Notes: generated by a model from the sequence alone, not told the origin. Shown: positions 10,248 through 21,208, counted from the stretch's first letter. The stretch is 64,000 nt of DNA from Bacilli bacterium (GCA_045589955.1 JAZNQD010000004.1:122-64121), one strand, 5' to 3'. Translations and numbers: made by a program.

Positions 10248-10742
10248 ATGGCTAAAGTTCATTTAATGATTGGTATTCAAGGAAGTGGGAAAAGTACATT
10301 TTCTAATCAATTATCAGAAAAAGAAAATATTATGATTGTATCAACAGACAGAGTAAGACAAGCTAATCCTGGTTGGTCAGAAGATAAAATTTGGCCCGAA
10401 GTGTACCGATTATGTGCTGATAATATTAAAAATAACCAAGATGTTATTTTTGATGCAACAAATATTACACCAAAAGTGCGTGAACGTTTTCTAACCAACG
10501 TTCTTGCTCATTTTGAACAAAATAGTATTGATAATTTACCATTTGAACTAATTGGATACTTTTTTGATGTTGATCCAACTATCTGTATGAATCGTGTCAA
10601 AATTCGTAATGAAAATCCGAATGAACTATATTTACCCCCTGAAGTAGTTTTCTCCTATCATGAACGATTAGTGAAACCTACTTATGAAGAACATTTTTCA
10701 AAAATCTTTATCGTAAAAGATAATGAAATAAATGAAATATAA
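10248..10742 (+). CDS. P-loop kinase-like ATPase (AAA_33/zeta-toxin-like predicted kinase)
   Basis: N-terminal P-loop IGIQGSGKSTFS. About 160 aa, typical of the polynucleotide-kinase-like AAA_33 family. Confidence 0.55.
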   Translation: MAKVHLMIGIQGSGKSTFSNQLSEKENIMIVSTDRVRQANPGWSEDKIWPEVYRLCADNIKNNQDVIFDATNITPKVRERFLTNVLAHFEQNSIDNLPFELIGYFFDVDPTICMNRVKIRNENPNELYLPPEVVFSYHERLVKPTYEEHFSKIFIVKDNEINEI

Positions 10743-10758
10743 ATAGAAAGGAGAAAAT

Positions 10759-13700
10759 ATGAGTATACAAAACGAAAAATGGATTAATATTCTTAACCTT
10801 GCGAAAGTAGAAGAAACAAGTTCAGATTTATTTTTAGGTTCTTTAGAAAATGTTAAAGTTAATGAAGTTAAGAATGAATATCGATTAATCCTTTCCTTTC
10901 CGACACTTGTTGATGCGCAAACATTGTTTGATGCTTTTTTAAAAGTGAGCGATTACTTAATTTCTGAATGTGGAATAAGTAATGTTAAATATAGTGTATT
11001 ACCAATTAATGCTAAGTCATATAACAAATCGTTCATTTATGATTATTTTATTAAAGCAATTGAAATTTGGAGCAATGATATTGCGACAGTTAAGATCCTT
11101 TATAAGTATAAAACAGAAATTGATGAAAATGGTTTAAATATTTCTATTATTGTACCTAATGATTTAGATGCTAATAATGTTAAAGATGTTATTAAGAATA
11201 TTAAATTATTCTTTAATAACTATGGACTTAATGATGTTACTTTTGATGTTGAAATTGATACAAGCATTGATAGCTTAGGTGATATTATTAAAACACAGCA
11301 CCGAATTGCTGAAAAAAAGGAAGAAGCAAAACTTAATGAACTTCATCAAGAACGTATGCAAAAAGCATTATCAGAACAAGATCAAGTTAACTATAAGCAA
11401 AGCTATCGAAAAAACGTTTACCCTTTAGTTAAAATTGAAGAAATTCCCGATACTTCACTTGGTATTGAAGATTATAAGAACATTCGTCATAGTGAATTAG
11501 TCCAAATTGATGGTGTTCTTGTTAGTTCAGAATGTCGTACAATAAAAAATGCACGTGGAGAATACAATTTATTCACTGGTATTATAAATGATGGTACGGA
11601 TTCAATTATTATTAAATCTTTCTACCGCGAAGATAATAAATTAATCTTTGAAAATGAACTAATAAAAGATCGACATATTATGGTCAGAGGTAAAGTCGGT
11701 TGGGATTCTTTCTCGAATGCGGTAGTTGTCCAAATTAACTCAGTTGTTATTTTTGGCCCGGATACATCACGCGAACGTTTTGATGGCGCTGATGAAAAAC
11801 GTGTTGAGTTACATGCCCATACTAAAATGAGCGTTTTAGATAGTATTCTTGATGTTAATGAATATGTCGAACAAGCGGTTCGCTATGGCCATAAAGCTCT
11901 TGCAATTACTGACCATGCTAACTGTCATGCTTTCCCTGCTTTCTTTAGTAAAGCCAAAAAAGAAGGGATCAAACCGATTGGTGGTTGCGAAGGATACTAT
12001 GTTGATGATTCTGCACTGAAAATTGCTTATACAGATGAAAGTATATCTTTAGAAGATGCTACTTTTGTTATTTTTGATATTGAAACAACTGGTTTTTCAG
12101 TGAACTATTGTGAAATTATTGAAATTGGTGCTGTAAAAGTACAAAATGGTATGGTTATTGACAGTTTCTCTGAATTTGCCAAACCAAACCAAAAAATAAC
12201 TTCATTTATTACAGGCTTAACTGGTATTACTAATGAAATGGTTGAAAATGCAGATAACATTGAAGGTGTCATTGGAAGATTTAAAACATTTATTGAAGGC
12301 AGCATTTTGGTTGCGCATAATGCAATCTTTGATACCGGCTTTATTTATGATACAATGAATAAACATGGCATCTTTGAAAAAGAACTTCCATGTATTGATA
12401 CATTACAACTTGCTTATGCTCTTTACGGTGATCAGTTTAAAAAGTTTAGCTTAGGCAATCTTGCTAAAAGTTTAAAAGTAGAAGTTGAACAGTTACACCG
12501 TGCCATTCACGATGCTAGAACCCTAAATAATGTCTTTATGCGTATGCTAGGCGATTTACTACAAATGAATGTTCGTAATTACGATCAACTTAATTCGTTG
12601 GTGCAAAAAGATGAAGTAGCAAAAGTTGTAATTCCTAAACACATTAATCTCTTAGTAAAAAATAAAACTGGCCTAAAGAATTTCTATAAGTTATTATCTA
12701 CAGCAAATACGACCCACTTTAATAAAGAACCTCGTATGCTAAAGAGTGTTATTGAACAATATCGTGATGGCTTATTAATAGGTTCAGGATGTGCTAATGG
12801 TGAGATTTGGCGTAATGCTTTTGAAAAAACCATTAAAGATGTTGAAAAAGCAATCGATTTTTACGACTATATTGAAGTTCAACCTCCTGTTGAGTATCTT
12901 CACCTATTTAAACTAGAAGATGATGAAGAATTCGCTTTAAATAAAATTAAAGACACAATTGATTTGATTATTCGTATTGCGAAAAAACATAATAAAATTG
13001 TTGTTGCAACAGGTGATGTTCATCATCTTATTCCAGATGATGCCAAATACCGTAATGTTTACATTTCAGTGCCTCGTCCTTCAGGCGGTGGCGTTCATGA
13101 ATTATATAATTGTGAAAGAACATTAGATATGCATTATCGTTCAACAACTGAAATGCTAGATGAATTCTCATTCTTACCAGCTAATATTGCACATGAGATT
13201 GTTGTAACTAATACAAATCTTATTGCAAATATGATTGAAGAGTTTGAAATCTTCCCTAAAGAACTATTTGTTCCTCGTGATGATTACTTATCATTTATGG
13301 GAGTTCCTTCAATGGAAAAAGCGCTAATTAATATTTCTAATGAAACTTTGCGTTCATTATATGGCGAAAATCCACCACGATATGTTCAAGAACGTTTAGA
13401 TATTGAATTAAATAAAATAATAAGTAATGGATATGCCTCAGTATACTATATCTCCCATATGATGATTAAAAAATCGAATGAAGCAGGTTATGTTGTTGGA
13501 AGTCGTGGGTCTGTAGGAAGTAGCTTTGCTGCAACAATGATGAATATTACCGAAGTTAATCCTTTAAAACCTCACTATCGCTGCCCACATTGTAAATATT
13601 CAGCATTTAAATTCTCACCAGCTGAGAAAGCAGAATTTGGAATGGATATACCTGAAGAATTAGATGCTGAGTTACAAAAAGTTGATGTTGGTTTTGACCT

Positions 13701-15288
13701 TCCTCCACGTAAATGTCCTGTATGTGGTGAGCTTTTAACCGGCGATGGAGTCGATATTGCCTTTGAAACATTCTTAGGATTTAATGGTGATAAAGTGCCT
13801 GATATTGACTTAAACTTCTCTGGTGAATACCAAGCAACTGCTCACTCATTTGTTCAAAGTGTCTTTGGTGTGGATGGCTCATTTAGAGCTGGTACTATTC
13901 AAGGTGCAAAAGATAAAACAGCCTTTGCTTATGTTCGTGATTATTGTAAAAAACATGAAATCACAATGCGTAAATGTGAAATGGATCGTGTTGCCAACTT
14001 TATCCAAGGGGCAAAAAGAACAACTGGCCAACATCCTGGTGGTATTGTTGTTGTTCCTGACCATATTGAATATACAGATATTTTCCCTGTTCAATATCCA
14101 CCAGTAAATGATCCGGATAATGTCGGTGAAACAAAATGGCGTACTTCACACTATGAATATCATAGCTTTGAAAGCAATTTATTAAAACTAGATATTCTTG
14201 GTCATGATGACCCAACTGTTATTAAAACACTTATGGGTTATGTTCATGATAATCCAGAATTATTCCCTTTTGATAAAGTAGAAGATATACCAATTGCCGA
14301 TCCAGATGTTATATCACTATTTTCATCAAAAACAGCACTTAACTTACAAGGTGCAGACGGTGATTTATTATCAAGTGGTACAAAAGGTATTCCTGAATAT
14401 GGAACAGAATTTGTTCGAGGAATGTTAGAAACAATAAAACCATCAACAATTGGCGATATTATTAAAGTATCTGGTCTATCACATGGTACCGATGTATGGC
14501 AAGGCAATGCTGAAACATTATTCAAGGGAGAATTACCTGGTTATCCGCGTGTTTCATTCTCGGAAGTAATCGCTTGTCGAGATGATATTATGCTTGACTT
14601 AATGAAATATGATTTGCCTGCAGCTGAAGCTTTCCAAATTATGGAATCTGTTCGTAAAGGACGTGGTTTAAAGACTTCGCAAGAAGAACTAATGCGAAAA
14701 CATAATGTACCTGAATGGTATATTTATTCATGCAAGAAGATTAAATATATGTTCCCGAAAGCCCATGCAACTGCTTATGTTATTATGGCTCTTCGTATTG
14801 GTTGGTTTAAGGTACATCGTCCAATCTACTACTATGCAGCATACTTCTCAAAACGTGCTAAACGTTTAGATGCAGAAATCTTTGCCTTGGGTAAAAATGC
14901 AATTAGAAACAAGATAAATGAAATTGAAACAATGATTAAAAATAAGAGTAAAGATGTAACTGATAAGGATAAAGACTTATTAACTGAATTACACCTAGCT
15001 TTAGAAATGGTACTAAGAGGATATCGATTCCGACAAATTGATTTAGAAAAATCTCAAGCAGTTGATTTTACAATTGGTGACGACCTTAAATCATTGTATC
15101 TTCCATTTATTGCTATTGATTCACTTGGCGAAACTGTTGCCAAATCAATTGAAGAAGCGCGTAAACAAGCTCCATTTACTTCGAAAAAAGATTTTGAAAC
15201 AAGAACAAATGTTAATAAAACACAATATGCCAAAATGTATACACTAGGTGTTTTTGATAACCTTCCAGAAAATGATACATTACTATAA
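10759..15288 (+). CDS. polC: DNA polymerase III PolC-type (Gram-positive replicative polymerase with PHP, 3'-5' exonuclease and zinc finger)
   Basis: 1509 aa. Exonuclease motif FVIFDIETTGF. Cys4 zinc finger CPHCKY...CPVCG. PHP and polymerase core. AAGGAG RBS. Confidence 0.95.
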   Translation: MSIQNEKWINILNLAKVEETSSDLFLGSLENVKVNEVKNEYRLILSFPTLVDAQTLFDAFLKVSDYLISECGISNVKYSVLPINAKSYNKSFIYDYFIKAIEIWSNDIATVKILYKYKTEIDENGLNISIIVPNDLDANNVKDVIKNIKLFFNNYGLNDVTFDVEIDTSIDSLGDIIKTQHRIAEKKEEAKLNELHQERMQKALSEQDQVNYKQSYRKNVYPLVKIEEIPDTSLGIEDYKNIRHSELVQIDGVLVSSECRTIKNARGEYNLFTGIINDGTDSIIIKSFYREDNKLIFENELIKDRHIMVRGKVGWDSFSNAVVVQINSVVIFGPDTSRERFDGADEKRVELHAHTKMSVLDSILDVNEYVEQAVRYGHKALAITDHANCHAFPAFFSKAKKEGIKPIGGCEGYYVDDSALKIAYTDESISLEDATFVIFDIETTGFSVNYCEIIEIGAVKVQNGMVIDSFSEFAKPNQKITSFITGLTGITNEMVENADNIEGVIGRFKTFIEGSILVAHNAIFDTGFIYDTMNKHGIFEKELPCIDTLQLAYALYGDQFKKFSLGNLAKSLKVEVEQLHRAIHDARTLNNVFMRMLGDLLQMNVRNYDQLNSLVQKDEVAKVVIPKHINLLVKNKTGLKNFYKLLSTANTTHFNKEPRMLKSVIEQYRDGLLIGSGCANGEIWRNAFEKTIKDVEKAIDFYDYIEVQPPVEYLHLFKLEDDEEFALNKIKDTIDLIIRIAKKHNKIVVATGDVHHLIPDDAKYRNVYISVPRPSGGGVHELYNCERTLDMHYRSTTEMLDEFSFLPANIAHEIVVTNTNLIANMIEEFEIFPKELFVPRDDYLSFMGVPSMEKALINISNETLRSLYGENPPRYVQERLDIELNKIISNGYASVYYISHMMIKKSNEAGYVVGSRGSVGSSFAATMMNITEVNPLKPHYRCPHCKYSAFKFSPAEKAEFGMDIPEELDAELQKVDVGFDLPPRKCPVCGELLTGDGVDIAFETFLGFNGDKVPDIDLNFSGEYQATAHSFVQSVFGVDGSFRAGTIQGAKDKTAFAYVRDYCKKHEITMRKCEMDRVANFIQGAKRTTGQHPGGIVVVPDHIEYTDIFPVQYPPVNDPDNVGETKWRTSHYEYHSFESNLLKLDILGHDDPTVIKTLMGYVHDNPELFPFDKVEDIPIADPDVISLFSSKTALNLQGADGDLLSSGTKGIPEYGTEFVRGMLETIKPSTIGDIIKVSGLSHGTDVWQGNAETLFKGELPGYPRVSFSEVIACRDDIMLDLMKYDLPAAEAFQIMESVRKGRGLKTSQEELMRKHNVPEWYIYSCKKIKYMFPKAHATAYVIMALRIGWFKVHRPIYYYAAYFSKRAKRLDAEIFALGKNAIRNKINEIETMIKNKSKDVTDKDKDLLTELHLALEMVLRGYRFRQIDLEKSQAVDFTIGDDLKSLYLPFIAIDSLGETVAKSIEEARKQAPFTSKKDFETRTNVNKTQYAKMYTLGVFDNLPENDTLL

Positions 15289-15386
15289 TTTAACGATTTA
15301 CTATTATCAAACTATTTGCAAGAAATGGTAAAAAGTGGTAAAATATATGCGTAAAAAATTTATAAATAAAAAGGAGATTTATTAAA

Positions 15387-16394
15387 ATGGCTGTAAAAAT
15401 TGCTATTAATGGTTTCGGACGTATTGGCCGTCTTGCATTCCGTTTAATGTTTGGTCAAGAAGATTTTGACATCGTTGCTATCAACGACTTAACTGGTGCT
15501 GAAGATTTAGCATATTTATTAAAATATGATACTGCACAAGGTCGTTATGCAGGTCATACTGTTGAATCTACTGATCACTCTATCATCGTTGATGGTAAAG
15601 AAATTGAAATTAGTGCTGAAAAAGATGCTAACAACTTACCTTGGAAACAATTAGGTGTTGACGTAGTTATCGAATGTACTGGTTTCTATGTATCAAAAGA
15701 AAAAGCTATGGCACACATTAATGCTGGTGCTAAGAAAGTTATTATTTCTGCTCCTGCTAAAGGTGTTGACAAAACAGTTGTTTACAATGTTAACCACACT
15801 ACATTAACTGGTGAAGAACAAGTTATCTCTGCTGCTTCATGTACTACTAACTGTTTAGCTCCTATCGCTAAAGTATTAAATGACAATTTTGGTATCGTTA
15901 AAGGCTTCATGACTACTGTTCATGCTTATACTGGTGACCAAAATACATTAGATGCACCTCACAAAAAAGGTATCAATTCTCGTCGTGCACGTGCTGCTGC
16001 TGCTAACATCGTTCCTACAACTACTGGTGCTGCTGTTGCAGTTGCTGAAGCTTTACCTGAATTAAAAGGTAAATTAGATGGTATGGCATTACGTGTTCCT
16101 ACTGTTACTGGTTCAGTTGTTGACTTAGTTTGGGAACCTGCAAGACCTGTTACTGTTGAAGAAGTTAATGCTGCTGTTAAAGCTGCTCAAAACGAAACTA
16201 TCGGATACACTGAAGATCCAATCGTTTCTTCAGATGTTATTGGTCAAACTTGGGGTACATTATTTGATGCTCAATGCACAAAAATCATGAATGTAGATGG
16301 TAAACAATTAGTTAAGATTATCACTTGGTATGATAACGAAATGAGTTACACTGCACAAATGGTTCGTACTGCTAAATACATCTGCGAACACTAA
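15387..16394 (+). CDS. gap: Glyceraldehyde-3-phosphate dehydrogenase
   Basis: NGFGRIGR Rossmann motif; active site SCTTNCLAP; 335 aa. Confidence 0.95.
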   Translation: MAVKIAINGFGRIGRLAFRLMFGQEDFDIVAINDLTGAEDLAYLLKYDTAQGRYAGHTVESTDHSIIVDGKEIEISAEKDANNLPWKQLGVDVVIECTGFYVSKEKAMAHINAGAKKVIISAPAKGVDKTVVYNVNHTTLTGEEQVISAASCTTNCLAPIAKVLNDNFGIVKGFMTTVHAYTGDQNTLDAPHKKGINSRRARAAAANIVPTTTGAAVAVAEALPELKGKLDGMALRVPTVTGSVVDLVWEPARPVTVEEVNAAVKAAQNETIGYTEDPIVSSDVIGQTWGTLFDAQCTKIMNVDGKQLVKIITWYDNEMSYTAQMVRTAKYICEH

Positions 16395-16407
16395 TAACAA
16401 TTAAACT

Positions 16408-16436
16408 AGCGCAATTTTGCGCTGGTTTTTTTAATA
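16408..16436 (+). terminator. Rho-independent terminator after gap
   Basis: Hairpin AGCGCAATTTTGCGCT followed by a T-run. Confidence 0.7.
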
Positions 16437-16475
16437 AACAATGATAAAAATCCATATAATAAAATGAGGTATTAT

Positions 16476-17519
16476 ATGGATAAAAATTTACAAAGAATAA
16501 TAAAAATAATCGGCATATTATGCATAGCATATTTGTGCTTTCTAATTTTTCCTAGTATAAAAATATGTTTGGTTTGGATTTTAAAAATTCTATTGCCATT
16601 TTTTATTGGTTTTGTTGGTGCATATTTGTTAGTCCCACTGGTTGAAAAAATAACTAAATTAAAAGTTAATTACAAGGCAAGTGTGATTATTGTTGTAACG
16701 ACATTTATTGTTTTTATAACGTTAGTTTTTATGCTTGTTGTTCCTAAAACATTAACACAATTTGATTTTCTATTTGATAACATACCAATTTATATTGAAA
16801 ATGTTTCATCTTTTTTAAATAAAATCTCTGAAAAGTTAACGTTTTTGCCTAATGAATTTTTACCTACTCCGGAAAATATTCAACATTTACTAATGAACTT
16901 TGGAATAAAGATTTCAAATAATTATAATAAAATATTTGAGAATATTAAGTATTACGCACTTGTTTTATTAATTAGTCCAATACTTATCGTTTATTTTTTA
17001 TTTGAGTTTAAGACGATTAAGGTTAAAATTAAAGATTATTTATTTGAAAAAGAAAAAGAAGAACTTTATCAAACTCTATTACAAATTAATAAAAATATGC
17101 GTAGTTACATAAATGGAGTTTTTATTGTGATGGTTGCGTTGTCGTTGATTGCAACAATTCTATTTAGTTTTATTGGACTTGATTTATCATTATTATGGGG
17201 AGTTATTATAGGTATTACAAATATTATCCCTTATATCGGACCTTATATTGGTGGAGCAATTGTCGTTGTATTTACACTAGCAACATCAACGAAAAAAGCA
17301 ATAAGTGTTTTAATAATAATAATTGTTTTACAACTAATTGAAAGCAATCTGATTTCACCTAATATTCATAGTAAAAGTGTTAAAACAAGTCCGATTTTAG
17401 TGCTTCTTTTTGTCTCAATTTTTGGTGAAATAATGGGAATTTTTGGCATGATAATAGCTGTTCCAATCTTAAGTATTTTCCAAATTTTAGTTAATAAAAT
17501 TAAAATACTTAAAATATAA
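16476..17519 (+). CDS. AI-2E family transporter (UPF0118/PerM-like membrane protein)
   Basis: 8-TM protein with the characteristic GPYIGGAIVVVF segment. Start moved to the ATG at 16476, downstream of a GAGG RBS. Confidence 0.65.
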   Translation: MDKNLQRIIKIIGILCIAYLCFLIFPSIKICLVWILKILLPFFIGFVGAYLLVPLVEKITKLKVNYKASVIIVVTTFIVFITLVFMLVVPKTLTQFDFLFDNIPIYIENVSSFLNKISEKLTFLPNEFLPTPENIQHLLMNFGIKISNNYNKIFENIKYYALVLLISPILIVYFLFEFKTIKVKIKDYLFEKEKEELYQTLLQINKNMRSYINGVFIVMVALSLIATILFSFIGLDLSLLWGVIIGITNIIPYIGPYIGGAIVVVFTLATSTKKAISVLIIIIVLQLIESNLISPNIHSKSVKTSPILVLLFVSIFGEIMGIFGMIIAVPILSIFQILVNKIKILKI

Positions 17520-17674
17520 AACTTTTTTGAAAAAATATGTATCTTTTTATTTACAAAAAAAACAAATTATGATATAATATGTATGTATTAGACTGACGTG
17601 ATAGAATACCAAAAAAATGGGGGCTCGTCAATTATAGATATTAGATATAAATATGAAAGTTAGGGAGTGAACAT

Positions 17675-19372
17675 ATGTTATCAAAAGCACAAAAAATTAT
17701 ATTATATCTTAGTGCTATAGCAGCATTATTACTAGGTGTTATTCTAATTGTTCCATTTAGAACTATTCCTGGTTTAACAAAAGAATCAGCGCTTGTTGTT
17801 TTAATTGTCGAAATTGTTGTTAAGGCTGCATTAGCAATACCTTTCTTAGGATTATCTGTTTATCCTATGGTTTTAAAATATAGACAAATTGCTGGAAAAT
17901 TCGAAAGATCAAGAGTTGTAAATGTTATGTCATATCTACCTGTTGCTATCTATACTGCAGGTTTACTAATTTTAAACATTAATACTCTTGCTTATCCCCT
18001 AAGCGATTTATCACCAGCTCTTTGGACACTTTCATTTACAGTGCAATTATTTGACCTTGCATTTATTATTGTTGGGTTTGTACTGTTACCAAAATTCTTA
18101 ATGAGATTAAATAGAAAATTAACTATTTTCTTTGATGTAGCTATGGGTTTAATTATGTGTGCTACTTTAATCATCAGTACTATTTTATTAGTGGTATATC
18201 ATAATGCTTATTCTAATTCAGTTGAATATTATGGCACAGGTGCTCCATATGGGCCTGTATTATTCTTCACTTATGTATTTGCAGTAGTTGCCTTTGTTAC
18301 TATCGCAATCTTAACTAACAAAATGGTTAGAAGAGATGAAACTGAATTATACATTAACTTTGATCTACAACGCGAAGAATTAGACGAAGTTAAAGCTCTT
18401 GCATATGATGAAGCTTATAATGATATTCTTGATGAATTTGAAGAATACTTTGATGAATCTAGAGCTGAAGCAGTTCTTGAAGAATTAGAGGAAGTAGAAA
18501 ATGAAATCGAAAAAGAAGATCTTGAAGAAGCAGATCAAATTTTAGATGAATTAGATACTATCGAAAAACAATTAGAAGGTGAACCTGAAATTCAAGTTAA
18601 AGAAGTAGAAAAAGAAGTTGTAGTTGTTAAAGATGAAGAAGATGCTAAACGTATCGCTGAGCTTGAAGCTAAACTTGCAGAATTACATGAAACTCATTCT
18701 GAAAAACTTGAAGATTTACAAGATGATATTGAAGATGCTGAAGAAGAAGCAGAAGCTGCCAAAGCCGAAGCAGAACAAGCTAAAGTTGCTGCAGAAGCTG
18801 CAAGATCTGAAGCTGAAGTTGCTAAAGCAGAAGCAGAAGCTATTAAGGCTGAAGCTGCTAGAAAAGCTGCCGAAGCTGAAGCAGAAGCTGCTCGTAAAGC
18901 TGCTCTTGCTGCTGAAAAAGCTATTCAAATTGCTGAAGCTAAGAAAGCAATTAAACCTTCTTATATGAATCTTGTAAACTATGCATCTGCATTAGAAGAT
19001 GATGGTGTTACTGTTGTTGCTAATGATAAAGAAACTCAACACAAGTTCTACATCAATAAGAAATTATTCTTAGTTCTTGCAGATACAAATGTTGATTATA
19101 GAGTTACATTCTTAGCTCCTAAATCAAAAGCTATTGATTTAATCATTGATAATCCAAAAACAGTTTCTAAGGCTACATCTCCTAAAGGACCTCATTGGTA
19201 TAAACTTATCAACAAAGGCACATTTGAAGGTGACCAATTAAAAGAAATCATTAAAGGTGCTTTAGAACAACAAAAACAATTATTACAAGAAGCTGAAGAA
19301 GAAAAAGCTCGTATTAAAGCTGAAAAAGCTGCTGCTAAAAAAGCTGAAAAAGAAGCAGCTAAGGCAGAATAG
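17675..19372 (+). CDS. Polytopic membrane protein with acidic linker, Ala/Glu/Lys-rich coiled coil and conserved C-terminal globular domain (paralog A)
   Basis: About 6 N-terminal TM helices. A D/E-rich segment, AEAKA-type helical repeats, then the globular KPSYMNLVNYASALEDDGVTVVANDKETQHKFYINKK...PKGPHWYKLINKGTFEGDQ domain and a K/A/E tail. No recognisable family. The C-terminal half is nearly identical to the next gene. Confidence 0.6.
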   Translation: MLSKAQKIILYLSAIAALLLGVILIVPFRTIPGLTKESALVVLIVEIVVKAALAIPFLGLSVYPMVLKYRQIAGKFERSRVVNVMSYLPVAIYTAGLLILNINTLAYPLSDLSPALWTLSFTVQLFDLAFIIVGFVLLPKFLMRLNRKLTIFFDVAMGLIMCATLIISTILLVVYHNAYSNSVEYYGTGAPYGPVLFFTYVFAVVAFVTIAILTNKMVRRDETELYINFDLQREELDEVKALAYDEAYNDILDEFEEYFDESRAEAVLEELEEVENEIEKEDLEEADQILDELDTIEKQLEGEPEIQVKEVEKEVVVVKDEEDAKRIAELEAKLAELHETHSEKLEDLQDDIEDAEEEAEAAKAEAEQAKVAAEAARSEAEVAKAEAEAIKAEAARKAAEAEAEAARKAALAAEKAIQIAEAKKAIKPSYMNLVNYASALEDDGVTVVANDKETQHKFYINKKLFLVLADTNVDYRVTFLAPKSKAIDLIIDNPKTVSKATSPKGPHWYKLINKGTFEGDQLKEIIKGALEQQKQLLQEAEEEKARIKAEKAAAKKAEKEAAKAE

Positions 19373-19383
19373 GAGGGGTTAAT

Positions 19384-20985
19384 ATGTTAAATTATAGAGA
19401 AAAAAGAACTGTATTAATTTTATCTATTATTGCTGCTGCTTTAAGTATTGTTGCTTGTATTCCTTTTGGATTAGCACATTTATCACGTGTTGAATTCCTT
19501 CTTAAGTATATTGCATTCCCAATTGTTATTGCAATTTTATCAATTGTTATTTACAACATTAAATTCCGTAACTATCGTCCTGGATACAGATTTGCTGTTT
19601 TAGCAAGTTACATTCCTGTCTTTAGTTATATTATTGCTTTAGCAATCAATACATTTATTCTATTAGCAAGATCAAATCCTGATTTCGTATTCTCACGTAA
19701 TGTTTGGATTGGTTTAGTCGTATTGATAGTATTTGTAATTGTTACTGGTGCTGTATTAATGCACGTATTTTTCCAAAAAATTGTATTATTTACTAAAAAT
19801 GAGATTATGGTTATTGACAGCTTGTTTGTTGCAATATTAGCTGTTGATGCAATTGGTTTTGGTATTTTAGCTAATAAATTAGTTGAACATTCAGAAGCCT
19901 TTGCAAATCCTCATTGGGCATTCTTAGTTGCTCCAATCATTTTATGTGCATTATGGGGTGCATTCCATATCACTCATTTAGTTAAATTATACAAGACTGA
20001 TGCAGAACTAAGACTTGAAGATAAAGCAGAATTAATTGCTCGCTTTAAACAAAGTTACTGCAATTTCTATCAAGATGCTTATGAAGAAATCTTAAATTCT
20101 TTATTTGACTATTCTGCAATTAAAAATGGTATTGAAGAAATCGAATTTATTGATGAAGATGAAGAAACAGAAGCAGCGCCTGTAGCTGAAGAAGTTGTTG
20201 AAGAACAACCTGTTGAAAAAGAAGTTGTTATTGTAAAAGATGAAGAAGATGCTAAACGTATTGCTGAACTTGAAGCACAACTTGCAGAATTACATGAAAC
20301 TCATTCTGATAAATTAGATGACTTACAAGATGACTTAGAAGATGCACAAGAAGAAGCTGAAAGTGCAAAAGCTCAAGCTGAAGAAGCTAGAGTTGCTGCT
20401 GAAAATGCTAAATCAGAAGCAGAAGTTGCTAAAGCTGAAGCTGAAGCATTAAAAGCTGAAGCTGCCGCTATAGCTGCCGAAGCTGAAGCAGAAGCTGCTC
20501 GTAAAGCTGCTCTTGCTGCTGAAAAAGCTGTATTAGTTGCTGAAGCTAAGAAAGCAATTAAACCTTCTTATATGAATCTTGTAAACTATGCATCTGCATT
20601 AGACGATGATGGTGTTACTGTTGTTGCTAATGATAAAGAAACTCAACATAAATTCTACATCAATAAGAAATTATTCTTAGTTCTTGCAGATACAAATGTT
20701 GATTATCGTATTACTTTCCTTGCTTCAAAAGAAAATGCAATCGATTTAATCATTGACAATCCTAAAACAGTTTCTAAGGCTACATCACCTAAAGGACCTC
20801 ATTGGTATAAACTTATCAACAAAGGTACATTTGAAGGTGATCAATTAAAAGTAATTATTAAAGGTGCTTTAGAACAACAAAAACTATTATTACAAGAAGC
20901 TGAAGAAGAAAAAGCTCGTATTAAAGCTGAAAAAGCTGCTGCTAAAAAAGCTGAAAGAGAAGCAGCTAAAGCTCAAAATAATTAA
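19384..20985 (+). CDS. Paralog B of the upstream membrane/coiled-coil protein (divergent N-terminal TM domain, near-identical C-terminal half)
   Basis: Same architecture. The N-terminal TM half is not alignable with paralog A, while the C-terminal roughly 255 aa are more than 90% identical. Confidence 0.6.
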   Translation: MLNYREKRTVLILSIIAAALSIVACIPFGLAHLSRVEFLLKYIAFPIVIAILSIVIYNIKFRNYRPGYRFAVLASYIPVFSYIIALAINTFILLARSNPDFVFSRNVWIGLVVLIVFVIVTGAVLMHVFFQKIVLFTKNEIMVIDSLFVAILAVDAIGFGILANKLVEHSEAFANPHWAFLVAPIILCALWGAFHITHLVKLYKTDAELRLEDKAELIARFKQSYCNFYQDAYEEILNSLFDYSAIKNGIEEIEFIDEDEETEAAPVAEEVVEEQPVEKEVVIVKDEEDAKRIAELEAQLAELHETHSDKLDDLQDDLEDAQEEAESAKAQAEEARVAAENAKSEAEVAKAEAEALKAEAAAIAAEAEAEAARKAALAAEKAVLVAEAKKAIKPSYMNLVNYASALDDDGVTVVANDKETQHKFYINKKLFLVLADTNVDYRITFLASKENAIDLIIDNPKTVSKATSPKGPHWYKLINKGTFEGDQLKVIIKGALEQQKLLLQEAEEEKARIKAEKAAAKKAEREAAKAQNN

Positions 20986-21009
20986 AACATTGATGAAGAC
21001 TAGTAAACA

Positions 21010-21208
21010 TTAAATATTCGTTTAGAGAGTAATTGGTTAGTGAAAAATTACCGATATTAGTGTTGAAGCTCCTTCTGAGTGGAACTAATCATTCCCGCTT
21101 GAAGCGTTAAAACTATTAGAGTGCTAATTTTATATTAGAAATAGGATGGTACCGCGAATATATTCGTTCCTAAAAGTGATTTTAATTACTTTTAGGAACT
21201 TTTTTTAT
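21010..21208 (+). promoter_or_regulatory. T-box riboswitch leader (tRNA-sensing antitermination) upstream of alaS
   Basis: Conserved T-box sequence AATAGGATGGTACCGCG at 21139-21157. It is immediately followed by the terminator hairpin TTCCTAAAAGT...ACTTTTAGGAA plus T7 at 21167-21207. AGAGAG and AGTGAAA stem I motifs lie upstream. A GCU (Ala) triplet sits in the candidate specifier region. Confidence 0.7.

Noticed and set aside
18624-18968. Plus-strand 114-aa Lys/Leu-rich ORF and minus-strand Ser/Phe-rich ORF (18716..18928) inside the coiled-coil region of the 565-aa gene
   Set aside because: These are alternative-frame and antisense artefacts of the GCT/GAA/AAA-rich low-complexity repeat. 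They are fully embedded in a much longer, well-supported ORF.
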